Shown here: in pieces, positions 9,660 to 18,779 of the stretch
How positions within the stretch are numbered: the first letter of the stretch is position 1
How the letters are laid out: every line of letters begins with the position of its first letter
Program-made: the position numbers and the translations under genes
DNA from: Lachnospiraceae bacterium
GTDB lineage: Bacteria; Bacillota; Clostridia; Lachnospirales; Lachnospiraceae
Reading direction: 5' to 3'
DNA: 64,000 nucleotides
NCBI GenBank assembly: GCA_045627905.1
Contig: JAZQOO010000006.1
Coordinates: 6,301 to 70,300, forward strand
The notes under the pieces: model-generated
Told to the model about the DNA's origin: nothing
What the model saw: the letters and a program-made list of their open reading frames with translations, nothing else
The model's database searches: none

Positions 9660-11018
9660 ATGATAATAAAGAAGTTTACTGGAAAAACTGAAGAAGAGGC
9701 TATGCTTGAGGCAAGACTTGAGCTTGGTGAAGACATCGTTAAGATGAATGTTAAACAAGTAAAGAGAAAAGGACTCTTTGGATTTTTAAGAAAAAAGATT
9801 GTTGAGGTGACAGTTGGATTAGAGGAAGAGCAGGATACTGCCTATGCAAAGATGAATGAAGCTGTCAGTGCAATAAGGGATGTTGTGTTAAAGGATGAAA
9901 TGGCTCCAACCTTCAAGCCGGAAACAAGACAGAGACCTAGCAGTTTAGAGCCAAAGGAAAATGCGTACGAAGGTGTGGCTTACGAGAAATCTTCTTATAG
10001 CAAAGGTGTTACATCAGGTGCTGCATCATCAGCAGTATCATCATATAGTAGAAATGGCGATAAGATTACATATGAAAAGCCTGTATCAAAGCCTCTTTAC
10101 GACACAGTAAAAAAGAACACAGAGTCTTCTTCTAATATAGAAGAAAAGCTTGAAAGCCTTCACTCACTTATTGAACAGCAGTTAGTTAAAGAAACAAAGG
10201 AAGAGGGGACAAAGGAAGAGGGTAAAAACTCAGAGTTCTTTAAGCTTATTTATAACACTCTTATTGATAACGAAGTGAATGAAAAGTATGTCAATGAGCT
10301 TGTTGAAGATGCTGAAAAGGTAAATAAGGATAGCGCTTCTATTGAGAAAATACTTGCAAATATGTATCAGAAAATGATACTTAAGTTTGGAAAAAATAAA
10401 CTTATTTCTGAAAGCAGCAAAAATGCAAAGGTTATATTTTTTATCGGACCTACAGGTGTTGGCAAAACTACTACTATTGCCAAAATTGCTTCGAAGCTTA
10501 TTTTAGATAAGAAAAAGGTAGCTCTTTTAACAACGGATACATATAGAATTGCTGCAACAGACCAGCTTGCAAAATACGCAGAAATTCTTAAGGCTCCGTT
10601 TAAGGTTATTTATACTACTGATGAATTAAAGGATAATATAAAGACATTTGAAAGCTATGACTATATTGTTGTTGATACTGCAGGTCATGCTCACAATAAT
10701 GAGGCACAGAAATCGGGAACGAAGCAGTTTCTTGACAGTGTTTCAGATGAGAATGAGAAGCTTATTTATCTTGTTCTTTCTGCTACAACGAAATACAGGG
10801 ATTTAAAGTCAGTTTGTGACTCTTATTCTGAATATACAAAGTACAGTCTTATTTTTACTAAGCTTGATGAAACATCTTCACTTGGTAATTTGTACAATCT
10901 GAAGCTCTATACGGGAGCTGATATGTCATATGTTACATTTGGACAGGATGTACCTGATGACATAGAAGAATTCAGTCCACAAAGTACAGTAAAACAGTTG
11001 TTGGGAGGTAAAGTTTGA
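9660..11018 (+). CDS. flhF: Flagellar SRP-type GTPase FlhF
   Basis: C-terminal SRP54-type NG domain (GPTGVGKTTTIAKIA...DTYRIAATDQL...VDTAG...TKLDET). Confidence 0.85.
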   Translation: MIIKKFTGKTEEEAMLEARLELGEDIVKMNVKQVKRKGLFGFLRKKIVEVTVGLEEEQDTAYAKMNEAVSAIRDVVLKDEMAPTFKPETRQRPSSLEPKENAYEGVAYEKSSYSKGVTSGAASSAVSSYSRNGDKITYEKPVSKPLYDTVKKNTESSSNIEEKLESLHSLIEQQLVKETKEEGTKEEGKNSEFFKLIYNTLIDNEVNEKYVNELVEDAEKVNKDSASIEKILANMYQKMILKFGKNKLISESSKNAKVIFFIGPTGVGKTTTIAKIASKLILDKKKVALLTTDTYRIAATDQLAKYAEILKAPFKVIYTTDELKDNIKTFESYDYIVVDTAGHAHNNEAQKSGTKQFLDSVSDENEKLIYLVLSATTKYRDLKSVCDSYSEYTKYSLIFTKLDETSSLGNLYNLKLYTGADMSYVTFGQDVPDDIEEFSPQSTVKQLLGGKV

Positions 11019-11069
11019 AAATAAATTTTCAAACCAGCAGGCTGTTGAAATCAGGGGAGGCAAATAATG
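11004..11069 (+). repeat. flhF 3' end / flhF-flhG junction segment that recurs upstream of the lipoprotein gene at 39739; contains a 9-bp-stem hairpin spanning the flhF stop codon
   Basis: ggaggtaaagtttgaaaataaattttcaaac (31/31 identical to 39658-39688) and gctgttgaaatca..ggaggcaa..atg (25/29 identical to 39713-39741). Hairpin: gtttgaaaa-taaa-ttttcaaac. Confidence 0.85.
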
Positions 11070-11960
11070 GATCAGGCTCAGCAGCTTAGAAACATAATAA
11101 AGGCAAACGAAGTAAAAGCACCGTTACCGACTGCAAGAGTTATAACTGTGACAAGTGGTAAAGGTGGTGTAGGTAAATCCAACGTTTCTGTCAATCTGGC
11201 GATTCAGTTTAGAAAGATGGGAAAGAAGGTTATTATTTTTGACGCGGATTTTGGTCTCGCAAATGTAGAGGTAATGTTTGGGGCAGTTCCAAAGCATAAC
11301 CTTTCGGATTTGATTTATCATGGAAAAAACATTAAAGAAATAATAACGACAGGACCAATGGATATAGGCTTTATTTCAGGTGGTTCTGGTATTGCATCAC
11401 TTACAAATCTTGGCAAGGAATATATTAATTATCTTATATTAAATCTTGCAGAGCTTGATACTCTTGCTGATGTAATAATAATTGATACAGGTGCAGGAAT
11501 ATCTGATTCAGTATTGGAATTCCTAGTGGCCAGTAAAGAAATACTACTTGTTACTACACCAGAGCCTGCGTCAATCACGGATTCATATTCGTTATTAAAA
11601 GCATTAAACAGACATCAGAAATTTGATTCGTCAATGACAAAAATAAAAGTTGTTGCAAATAAAACAGAAGGATTTGAGGATGGAAAGCTTCTATATTCAA
11701 AGTTGAGCGCAGTTGTTGCGAAATACTTAAAGCTTCCACTTGAATTTGTAGGTGTAATACCTAGTGACCAGGCGCTTGTAAAGGCTGTTATGCAGCAGAG
11801 TCCTGTATCACTACAGGCACCATCGTCTAAATCAGCACTTGCGTTTGAAGATTTAGCAAAGACACTGACAACAAATAGCACTGAGCCAGTTCAGACGAAA
11901 AGAGGTATGGCTGGTTTCTTCAGTTCATTCATTACAAAACATGTGGGAGGTTATAAATGA
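11067..11960 (+). CDS. flhG: MinD/ParA-family flagellar number regulator FlhG (YlxH)
   Basis: Deviant Walker A (VTSGKGGVGKSNVS), a MinD-like fold, and position directly after flhF. Confidence 0.8.
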   Translation: MDQAQQLRNIIKANEVKAPLPTARVITVTSGKGGVGKSNVSVNLAIQFRKMGKKVIIFDADFGLANVEVMFGAVPKHNLSDLIYHGKNIKEIITTGPMDIGFISGGSGIASLTNLGKEYINYLILNLAELDTLADVIIIDTGAGISDSVLEFLVASKEILLVTTPEPASITDSYSLLKALNRHQKFDSSMTKIKVVANKTEGFEDGKLLYSKLSAVVAKYLKLPLEFVGVIPSDQALVKAVMQQSPVSLQAPSSKSALAFEDLAKTLTTNSTEPVQTKRGMAGFFSSFITKHVGGYK

Positions 11961-12679
11961 TTTCAAAATATGTAAATCCCGGTGATAAGGTAGATATCGA
12001 GCATATCGAAAGAGTAAAATATAATGAAGAAAATGAAAGACGAACATTTAGAAGCTCAATCTACGATATTATTTCTGAAGACAGAATAAAAATAACAATG
12101 CCTATTGAACAGGGTAAAATAATTTTATTTTCTGTAGATGCTGAACTAAATGTATGCTTTTACACTAAAAATGGACTGTTCCAGTGTATAGGAAGAGTAG
12201 TAGACAGATTAAAGGAAAATAATATTTTCTTACTTGATATAGAGTTAGTCACAGATTTAAAAAGATATCAGAGAAGAGAATACTACAGACTTAACTGTGT
12301 TCTTGATATGAAAAGCACTATGATAAATGAAAATGACATAGTCGAGTATACAGAACAGGTAAGATTTCTTGATACAGATATTACATTTGATAACGGAACT
12401 ATGGTCGATATTAGCGGAGGTGGAGCAAGGTTCATTTCACAGGCAAAATATCCTAAGGGAAGTAATATTTTATTTGTATTTTCGTTATTTGTCGATGGCT
12501 CGTTAACTGAGTATAAGCTTCTTGGAAAGGTTCTTTTGTCTGAAGAAGTTAAAAATCAGGAAGGTAAGTACGAGCATAGAATTCAGTTTGTAAATATAAT
12601 GAATGATGATAGAGAAAGTATTATAAAATATATTTTTGAAGAAGAAAGACGCATAAGAAAAAGAGAGAAGGGACTGTAA
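11957..12679 (+). CDS. PilZ-domain (YcgR/MotI-like) putative c-di-GMP flagellar brake protein
   Basis: RxxxR (QRREYYRLN) and D-x-S-x-x-G (VDISGGGARF) PilZ motifs. Overlaps the flhG stop and abuts cheB. Confidence 0.7.
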   Translation: MISKYVNPGDKVDIEHIERVKYNEENERRTFRSSIYDIISEDRIKITMPIEQGKIILFSVDAELNVCFYTKNGLFQCIGRVVDRLKENNIFLLDIELVTDLKRYQRREYYRLNCVLDMKSTMINENDIVEYTEQVRFLDTDITFDNGTMVDISGGGARFISQAKYPKGSNILFVFSLFVDGSLTEYKLLGKVLLSEEVKNQEGKYEHRIQFVNIMNDDRESIIKYIFEEERRIRKREKGL

Positions 12680-13842
12680 TGAAGAAAAAAATTCTTATCA
12701 TAGATGACTCTGCACTCATGAGAAGAGTACTTTGCGATATAATAAACTCTGATGAAAGATTTGAGGTAGCCGATATGGCTACAGATGGTATCGATGGTTT
12801 TAATCACATATGTAAAGGCTCTTATGATGCGGTAGTTCTTGATGTGTATATGCCACGAATGACTGGACTTGAAATGCTCAAGGAAATGCAGAAAGCAAAT
12901 GTTCAGGCAAACGTGCTTATGGCTAGTACTACTACTGGAGAGGGCGCTAGAGAAACACTTGATGCATTGGAACTTGGTGCCATCGACTTCATTAAAAAAC
13001 CTGAAAATGTGGCTGATGCCAGACACGACGAATTTAAAAACAGATTTCTTGAGTTACTTGAAATAGTCTGTGAGTCAGGCGGTGTTCAAAGACACAGGAC
13101 TCCTGTTAGAGGTTCGGGAGAAAAGGCACCGACGTTTTCTGCCAGATATGATGTTAATTTTCATACAAAAGGTGAAAATAATATTACAGCAGATACATAC
13201 AGTCAGTTTACTCCTCGTAAACCGTTAACTGTTGTTAAAACAAGGAACCATACACAGGTTTCAGGAAAGAAAATTGTTGCCATGGCTTCATCAACGGGCG
13301 GCCCTAAAGCCCTTCAGCAGGTAATCCCTAAACTGCCTGCAAATCTTGATGCTACAGTATTACTTGTTCAGCATATGCCAAAAGGTTTTACTGCTTCGTT
13401 AGCTGAAAGGCTTAATGATTTAAGCAAAATCAAGGTTACAGAAGCAAAGGATGGTGACATGATCGAAAAAGGTCATGTATATATTGCACCAGGTGGAAAG
13501 CACCTTAAGCTTGCAAAGCATGGATCGAGTTATTCAATTACTCTTTCGGATGAGCCTTCAAGAGAAGGGGTTAAGCCATGTGCCAATTATATGTATGAAT
13601 CTTTAATCGATTCGGATTTTGATGAAGTAACATGTGCAGTTCTAACAGGTATGGGTGCCGATGGAACAGCAGGAATAAAGGCACTCAGCGAAAAAAAGAA
13701 GACATATGTTGTTGCACAGGATGAAGAAAGTTCAACTGTATATGGTATGCCAAAAGCTATCGCAGCAACAGGATTAGTAAACAGCGTCGTTTCGCTTGAA
13801 AATGTTGCGGAACAGATAGTAAAGAACGTGGGGGTACGCTAA
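12679..13842 (+). CDS. cheB: Chemotaxis protein-glutamate methylesterase CheB
   Basis: N-terminal receiver domain (ILIIDDSALMR...VVLDVYMPRMTG) and a C-terminal CheB catalytic domain (ASSTGGPKAL...VQHMP..FT..LA.RL...GMGADG). Confidence 0.9.
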   Translation: MKKKILIIDDSALMRRVLCDIINSDERFEVADMATDGIDGFNHICKGSYDAVVLDVYMPRMTGLEMLKEMQKANVQANVLMASTTTGEGARETLDALELGAIDFIKKPENVADARHDEFKNRFLELLEIVCESGGVQRHRTPVRGSGEKAPTFSARYDVNFHTKGENNITADTYSQFTPRKPLTVVKTRNHTQVSGKKIVAMASSTGGPKALQQVIPKLPANLDATVLLVQHMPKGFTASLAERLNDLSKIKVTEAKDGDMIEKGHVYIAPGGKHLKLAKHGSSYSITLSDEPSREGVKPCANYMYESLIDSDFDEVTCAVLTGMGADGTAGIKALSEKKKTYVVAQDEESSTVYGMPKAIAATGLVNSVVSLENVAEQIVKNVGVR

Positions 13843-13844
13843 CG

Positions 13845-15959
13845 ATGGATGTAAGCCAGTATTTAGAAATTTTTTTGGATGAGACAGGTGAACACCTGCA
13901 GACATTAAGTGATCAGCTTATGATTCTTGAAAACGAGCCGGAGAATGCTGATACAATTAACGAGATTTTCCGTGCAGCTCACTCTCTCAAGGGTATGGCT
14001 GGTACAATGGGCTATAAGAGAATGCAGAATCTTACACACGACATGGAAAATGTATTTTCAGAAGTTCGTAATGGTAAGATTAAGGTTAATAGCCACCTTG
14101 TAGATATCCTTTTCAAAGCACTTGATGCTTTAGAAGAGTATAAGGATAATATCCAGAATACTCAGGATGAAGGAACAAATGATAATGAGCCTATTATTCA
14201 GGCACTTCAGGAAATATTAAATGGTGGTAGTGCTGAAACAAAGGCAGATGCACCAAAGAAGGCTACAAAGGAAAAGGCTAAAAAGGAAGAGACAAAGGTT
14301 GCTGCAGGAAAGTGGAGAGAGGTTAAGCTTCAGGAAGAGAACCAGCACACTATTGGTGAGGCTATTACAAAGGGACTTCATGCGTATGCATTTACAGTAA
14401 ATGTTCAGGAGTCATGTATTCTTAAGGCTGCAAGAGCATTCCTTGTATTCAAGGCAATCGAAGAGCTCGGCGGTGAAATTGTTGTATCAAATCCTTCAAT
14501 TCAGGATATTGAAGATGAAAAGTTCGAATTTGATTTCAGTATTTTTGTAATAGTAGATGCATCATTTGATGATGTTAAGAAAGCTATATTAAGCGTTTCA
14601 GAAATCGAAAGCACAGAAGGTGAAGAACTTAGCATTGAAAGTGAAATGCTTGAGATTTCAGAAGAAGAGGTTGAAGAACAGGCAGCAGCACCTGCAGTTG
14701 TTGAAGAAAAGGTTGAGGAAGCAAAGGCAGCAGCACCTGCAGAATCACCTCAGGAAAATAAAGCAGCACCTGCTAAGAAGGCAGCTGCAAATAAGCCAGT
14801 TGTTAACAGAACAGTTAGAGTAGATATTGAAAAGCTCGACGTTCTTATGAATCTTGTAAGTGAGCTTATCATTGCCAAAAACTCTCTTGTTTCATTTGGT
14901 TCAGGTGGAGTTAGTGGAAATAGCTCAGAATTCAATGAACAGATTGAATACCTTGAAAGTGTTACAACAAATCTTCATGAATCAGTTATGAAGGTTCGAA
15001 TGGTTCCTATTGAAAGTGTTCTTGCTAAATTCCCAAGAATGATTAGAGACCTTTCAAAGAAGCTTGATAAGCCAATGGAGCTTACAATGACTGGTGAAGA
15101 GACAGAGCTTGACAGAACTGTTGTAGATGAAATCGGTGACCCACTGATGCATCTCCTTCGTAATTCTGCTGACCATGGTCTTGAAAAGGAAGATGTTAGA
15201 CGTTCAAGAGGAAAGAATCCTGTTGGTCAGGTATTCTTAAATGCTTACCAGGAAGGTAATAACGTTATTATCGATGTAGGTGATGATGGTAATGGTATTG
15301 ATGTTGAGGCAGTTAAGAATAAAGCAGTAGAAAAAGGACAGATTACTCGTGAGCAGGCTGATTCAATGAATGATAAGGAAGCTATCGACCTTCTCTTTGG
15401 AGCAGGCTTCTCTACAGCAAAGGTTGTTTCAGATGTATCTGGACGAGGCGTTGGTCTTGATGTTGTTAAATCAAAAATCGAAGCTCTTGGCGGTGATGTA
15501 ACTGTTAAGACAAAGCTTGGTGAAGGTTCAACATTCTCTGTAAGACTTCCACTCACACTTGCTATCATTCAGGCTCTCATGGTTGTTATCGGAACAGAAA
15601 AGTATGCTATTTCATTAGGTTCTATCGATACAATCGAAGCTGTTACTGAAAAAGATATTAAGTATGTTGAAAATAAAGAAGTTATTAACTTACGTGGCGT
15701 AGTTATTCCAATTGTAAGACTTGATTCTATACTTGGAGTTGAATGTGCTAAGAAGGATGATGACAGCTTAATCGTTGTTATTGTTAAGAAGGGTGACCAG
15801 CTCGCAGGTCTTGTTGTTGATGAACTTATCGGACAGCAGGAAATCGTTATTAAGTCACTTGGTAAATATATCAATTGCACATCAAGAATTATCAGTGGTG
15901 CTACTATCCTTGGTGATGGTGAAGTTGCTCTTATTCTTGATTCCAATGTTCTTATATAA
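13845..15959 (+). CDS. cheA: Chemotaxis histidine kinase CheA
   Basis: HPt domain (FRAAHSLKGMAGTMG), HATPase domain (DPLMHLLRNSADHG...GDDGNGID...GRGVGLDVV) and a C-terminal CheW-like domain. Confidence 0.95.
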   Translation: MDVSQYLEIFLDETGEHLQTLSDQLMILENEPENADTINEIFRAAHSLKGMAGTMGYKRMQNLTHDMENVFSEVRNGKIKVNSHLVDILFKALDALEEYKDNIQNTQDEGTNDNEPIIQALQEILNGGSAETKADAPKKATKEKAKKEETKVAAGKWREVKLQEENQHTIGEAITKGLHAYAFTVNVQESCILKAARAFLVFKAIEELGGEIVVSNPSIQDIEDEKFEFDFSIFVIVDASFDDVKKAILSVSEIESTEGEELSIESEMLEISEEEVEEQAAAPAVVEEKVEEAKAAAPAESPQENKAAPAKKAAANKPVVNRTVRVDIEKLDVLMNLVSELIIAKNSLVSFGSGGVSGNSSEFNEQIEYLESVTTNLHESVMKVRMVPIESVLAKFPRMIRDLSKKLDKPMELTMTGEETELDRTVVDEIGDPLMHLLRNSADHGLEKEDVRRSRGKNPVGQVFLNAYQEGNNVIIDVGDDGNGIDVEAVKNKAVEKGQITREQADSMNDKEAIDLLFGAGFSTAKVVSDVSGRGVGLDVVKSKIEALGGDVTVKTKLGEGSTFSVRLPLTLAIIQALMVVIGTEKYAISLGSIDTIEAVTEKDIKYVENKEVINLRGVVIPIVRLDSILGVECAKKDDDSLIVVIVKKGDQLAGLVVDELIGQQEIVIKSLGKYINCTSRIISGATILGDGEVALILDSNVLI

Positions 15960-15974
15960 TAGGAGGGTCGAAGA

Positions 15975-16439
15975 ATGGATGCGTTAAATATTGCAAGAGA
16001 GTATGAAACTCAGCAGTTTATTGTTATAAAGATTGGAGAGGAACAGTACGGAATAGATATCAGATATGTTGATAATATTCTCCGTATGCAGAAAATAACA
16101 AGAGTTCCTCATGTACAGCATTATTTCAAAGGCGTTATTAATCTTCGTGGTGAAGTAGTTCCTGTAATGAGCATCAGACTTAAGATGAATCTTTCAGATG
16201 ATGTTATTACAAATAAATCACGTATTATCATTATTAAATTTGAAAATAATGCTCCAATTGGAATAGTTGTTGATGAAGTTAAAGAAGTTGTTACACTTGA
16301 TGAAAGAAGCATAGATAAGGTTTCAAAGAATGGTGGAGCACAGGAGCCAACATTTATTACAGGTGTTGGTAAGGTTGATGAAAATCTTATTTCACTTCTT
16401 GATTTAACTACAATCATTAACGAGAAGGAAACAGTATAG
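15975..16439 (+). CDS. cheW: Chemotaxis coupling protein CheW
   Basis: 154-aa CheW-like domain (YGIDIRYV..I......TRVP......GVINLRGEVVPV). Confidence 0.9.
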   Translation: MDALNIAREYETQQFIVIKIGEEQYGIDIRYVDNILRMQKITRVPHVQHYFKGVINLRGEVVPVMSIRLKMNLSDDVITNKSRIIIIKFENNAPIGIVVDEVKEVVTLDERSIDKVSKNGGAQEPTFITGVGKVDENLISLLDLTTIINEKETV

Positions 16440-16464
16440 TAATTGTAAACAAAATGAAAGCTAC

Positions 16465-16501
16465 GCTGACGCCGAATGGACTTTAATTGTTCGGCGTCGC
16501 G
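16465..16501 (+). other. GC-rich intra-operon hairpin between cheW and cheC (no U-tract)
   Basis: gacgccgaa (16468-16476) pairs perfectly with ttcggcgtc (16490-16498) around a 13-nt loop. Flanking cgc/gcg extend the stem with one bulge. Confidence 0.5.
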
Positions 16502-16513
16502 TATGAGGAAGAT

Positions 16514-17128
16514 ATGGCAAAAATTGATTTAAATAATATGGATAAAATCTATTTCGATGTATTAAGCGAAATAGGAAATATAGGTGCCGGAAATGCGACA
16601 ACTGCGCTTGCTACTTTACTTAATACGAAGGTAGATATGCATGTTCCTAAGGTCGAGCTTCTTGAGTTTAAGGAAGTAGGCGCGGAAATGGGTGGTGAAG
16701 AAACACTCATGGCAGGAATTTATCAGGTTATTGAAGGCGACATTACAGGAAGTATTATGTTCCTGTTAGAAGAGAAGACAGCAAAGCTTTTAGTTGCAAA
16801 GCTTATGGGAATGGAAAATCCTATAGAGGGTGAATTTACAGAAATGGAAATATCAGCTCTTAAGGAGATTGGAAATATCATTACAGGCTCTTATCTGTCG
16901 TCGTTGTCGACACTTACAAATTTATTTATAAATGCTTCAGTTCCTGCAATCAGTATTGATATGTGCGAAGCTATTTTATCAGTGCCAGCTATCGAATTTG
17001 GTGAGCTAGGTGATAAAATGTTATTAATAAAAACAGAATTTACCGATGATGTCAAATTAGAAGGGTATTTTGTATTAGTACCTGATTTGGATTCATATGA
17101 TAAGATTTTGACTTCAATAGGAATGTAA
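16514..17128 (+). CDS. cheC: Chemotaxis CheY-P phosphatase CheC
   Basis: Two CheC motifs (LSEIGNIGAGNATTAL; LKEIGNIITGSYLSSL). I chose the ATG at 16514 (GAGGAAG RBS) over the TTG at 16487 in the ORF track. Confidence 0.75.
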   Translation: MAKIDLNNMDKIYFDVLSEIGNIGAGNATTALATLLNTKVDMHVPKVELLEFKEVGAEMGGEETLMAGIYQVIEGDITGSIMFLLEEKTAKLLVAKLMGMENPIEGEFTEMEISALKEIGNIITGSYLSSLSTLTNLFINASVPAISIDMCEAILSVPAIEFGELGDKMLLIKTEFTDDVKLEGYFVLVPDLDSYDKILTSIGM

Positions 17129-17146
17129 ATTGGTGGTAGTAAGGTT

Positions 17147-17632
17147 ATGGGAGAATTAATTAAAGTCGGAATGGCAGATCTTAAGCTTTGTAAAGCTCCT
17201 GATACAGTTACAACATTAGGTTTGGGATCTTGTGTAGGAGTTGCTATAAGAGATCCTAATACTAAAATAGGCGGACTTGCGCATGTTATGCTTCCGGATA
17301 GTAAGATTATGCAGAATACCGTTAATATTGCAAAGTTTGCTGACACTGGAGTTAAGGAACTTGTGCGAATTATGGTCGAGGCCGGTGCAAATAAAACAAG
17401 ACTGGTTGCTAAAATAGCAGGCGGTGCGCAGATGTTCGCATTTCAGAATAAATCAGAGCTCACTTCAGTTGGAGACAGAAATGTAGCTGCTGTAAAGCAG
17501 GTGTTAAAAGAGCTTAATATTCCTATTTTAGCAGAGGATACAGGACTCAATTTCGGAAGAACAGTTATATTTGACCCTGCAACAGGTGACTATGTGATAA
17601 AGGCAGTTGGAAAGGAAGTCAAGACGATTTAA
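17147..17632 (+). CDS. cheD: Chemoreceptor glutamine deamidase CheD
   Basis: CheD signature (TLGLGSCVGVAIRD....GGLAHVMLP) and position after cheC. Confidence 0.85.
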   Translation: MGELIKVGMADLKLCKAPDTVTTLGLGSCVGVAIRDPNTKIGGLAHVMLPDSKIMQNTVNIAKFADTGVKELVRIMVEAGANKTRLVAKIAGGAQMFAFQNKSELTSVGDRNVAAVKQVLKELNIPILAEDTGLNFGRTVIFDPATGDYVIKAVGKEVKTI

Positions 17633-17955
17633 TGAAGACTAAAACGGTACCAGCTATTGTTATGCTTCTTGGCTGCTCAGTTGCCAGTGTTGTAATGTAC
17701 ATAAATGGATATGAGTTTGGGAAAATGTTAAGAGTTTTGCTATTAGTTCTTATCATTTTTCTTATTATGGGTTTAGTTATTAAAAAGGTAATAGATAAAC
17801 ATATACCACTTCCGGAAGAGGAAGAGATATCTGAGGACGGTGAAGTAATAGAAAAGCAGTCTGAGGATGAAGATGAAGATGAAGAGGGTCTTTTAGATGT
17901 TGATGAGGATGGTTCTGTAGTACAGGCATCTGCATCAGAAGATAATGAAGAGTAA
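17632..17955 (+). CDS. Hypothetical small membrane protein with a strongly acidic C-terminal tail
   Basis: Two predicted TM helices followed by an EEEEISEDGE...EDEDEDEEG tail. Its TAATG overlaps the cheD stop. Confidence 0.4.
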   Translation: MKTKTVPAIVMLLGCSVASVVMYINGYEFGKMLRVLLLVLIIFLIMGLVIKKVIDKHIPLPEEEEISEDGEVIEKQSEDEDEDEEGLLDVDEDGSVVQASASEDNEE

Positions 17956-17999
17956 ATGAATTGGTAGAGGGATAGGTTACAGCCTACCAGGAGAAGAGT

Positions 18000-18770
18000 A
18001 TGGATGATAACGCTAGAGTGAAGCTTTGGCAGAGCTATGCCAGTAAGCCAACTGCGGATATTAGAGAAAAAATAATACTTGAATATGCTCCACTTGTTAA
18101 GCTTGTAGCAGGCAGATTGTCGATGTATCTTGGCTATAATGTTGAGTATGATGATCTTGTAGGTTATGGAATATTTGGACTTATTGATGCAATTGATAAG
18201 TTTGATCCTAATAAAGAGGTTAAGTTTGAAACATATGCTTCGTTAAGAATTCGTGGTGCTATACTTGACCAGATTCGTAAAATGGACTGGATTCCAAGAA
18301 CTGTTAGACAGCGTCAGAAAAAAATTACAGAAGCAATAAAGGAAATAGAGGCTAATACTGGTAGAAATGCCACTGATGAAGAGGTCGCCTTAGCGATAGG
18401 TATTTCTATAGAAGAGTATGATGAATGGCAGTCACAGATGAAGGTGACAAATGTTGTGTCACTAGATGAATTTGTAGAGCAGGGAAGTGATGTTTCTGAT
18501 GGAAGAGGGTTATCATCAAGAGAAGCAACTCCTGAAGAAGCCATTGAACAGCAGGAATTAAAGCAGAAGCTCGCAGAAGCTTTGAAGGAACTTACAGAAA
18601 AAGAACAGAAGGTAGTACTCTTATATTATTACGAAGATTTAACACTTAAGGAAATAAGTAATATTATGGAGGTTTCGGAATCGCGTGTTTCACAGCTTCA
18701 TACAAAAGCTCTTGGTAAAATGAGAGTTAAGCTTGGAAGATATATGGATATTGTGTTGTCCGCGAATTAA
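18000..18770 (+). CDS. sigD: Flagellar sigma-28 factor (FliA/SigD family)
   Basis: Sigma-70 region 2 (LVGYGIFGLIDAIDKFDP....KFETYASLRIRGAILD) and a region 4 HTH (LTLKEISNIMEVSESRVSQLHTKAL). Same position as sigD in B. subtilis. Confidence 0.9.
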   Translation: MDDNARVKLWQSYASKPTADIREKIILEYAPLVKLVAGRLSMYLGYNVEYDDLVGYGIFGLIDAIDKFDPNKEVKFETYASLRIRGAILDQIRKMDWIPRTVRQRQKKITEAIKEIEANTGRNATDEEVALAIGISIEEYDEWQSQMKVTNVVSLDEFVEQGSDVSDGRGLSSREATPEEAIEQQELKQKLAEALKELTEKEQKVVLLYYYEDLTLKEISNIMEVSESRVSQLHTKALGKMRVKLGRYMDIVLSAN

Positions 18771-18779
18771 GGAGGAAGT

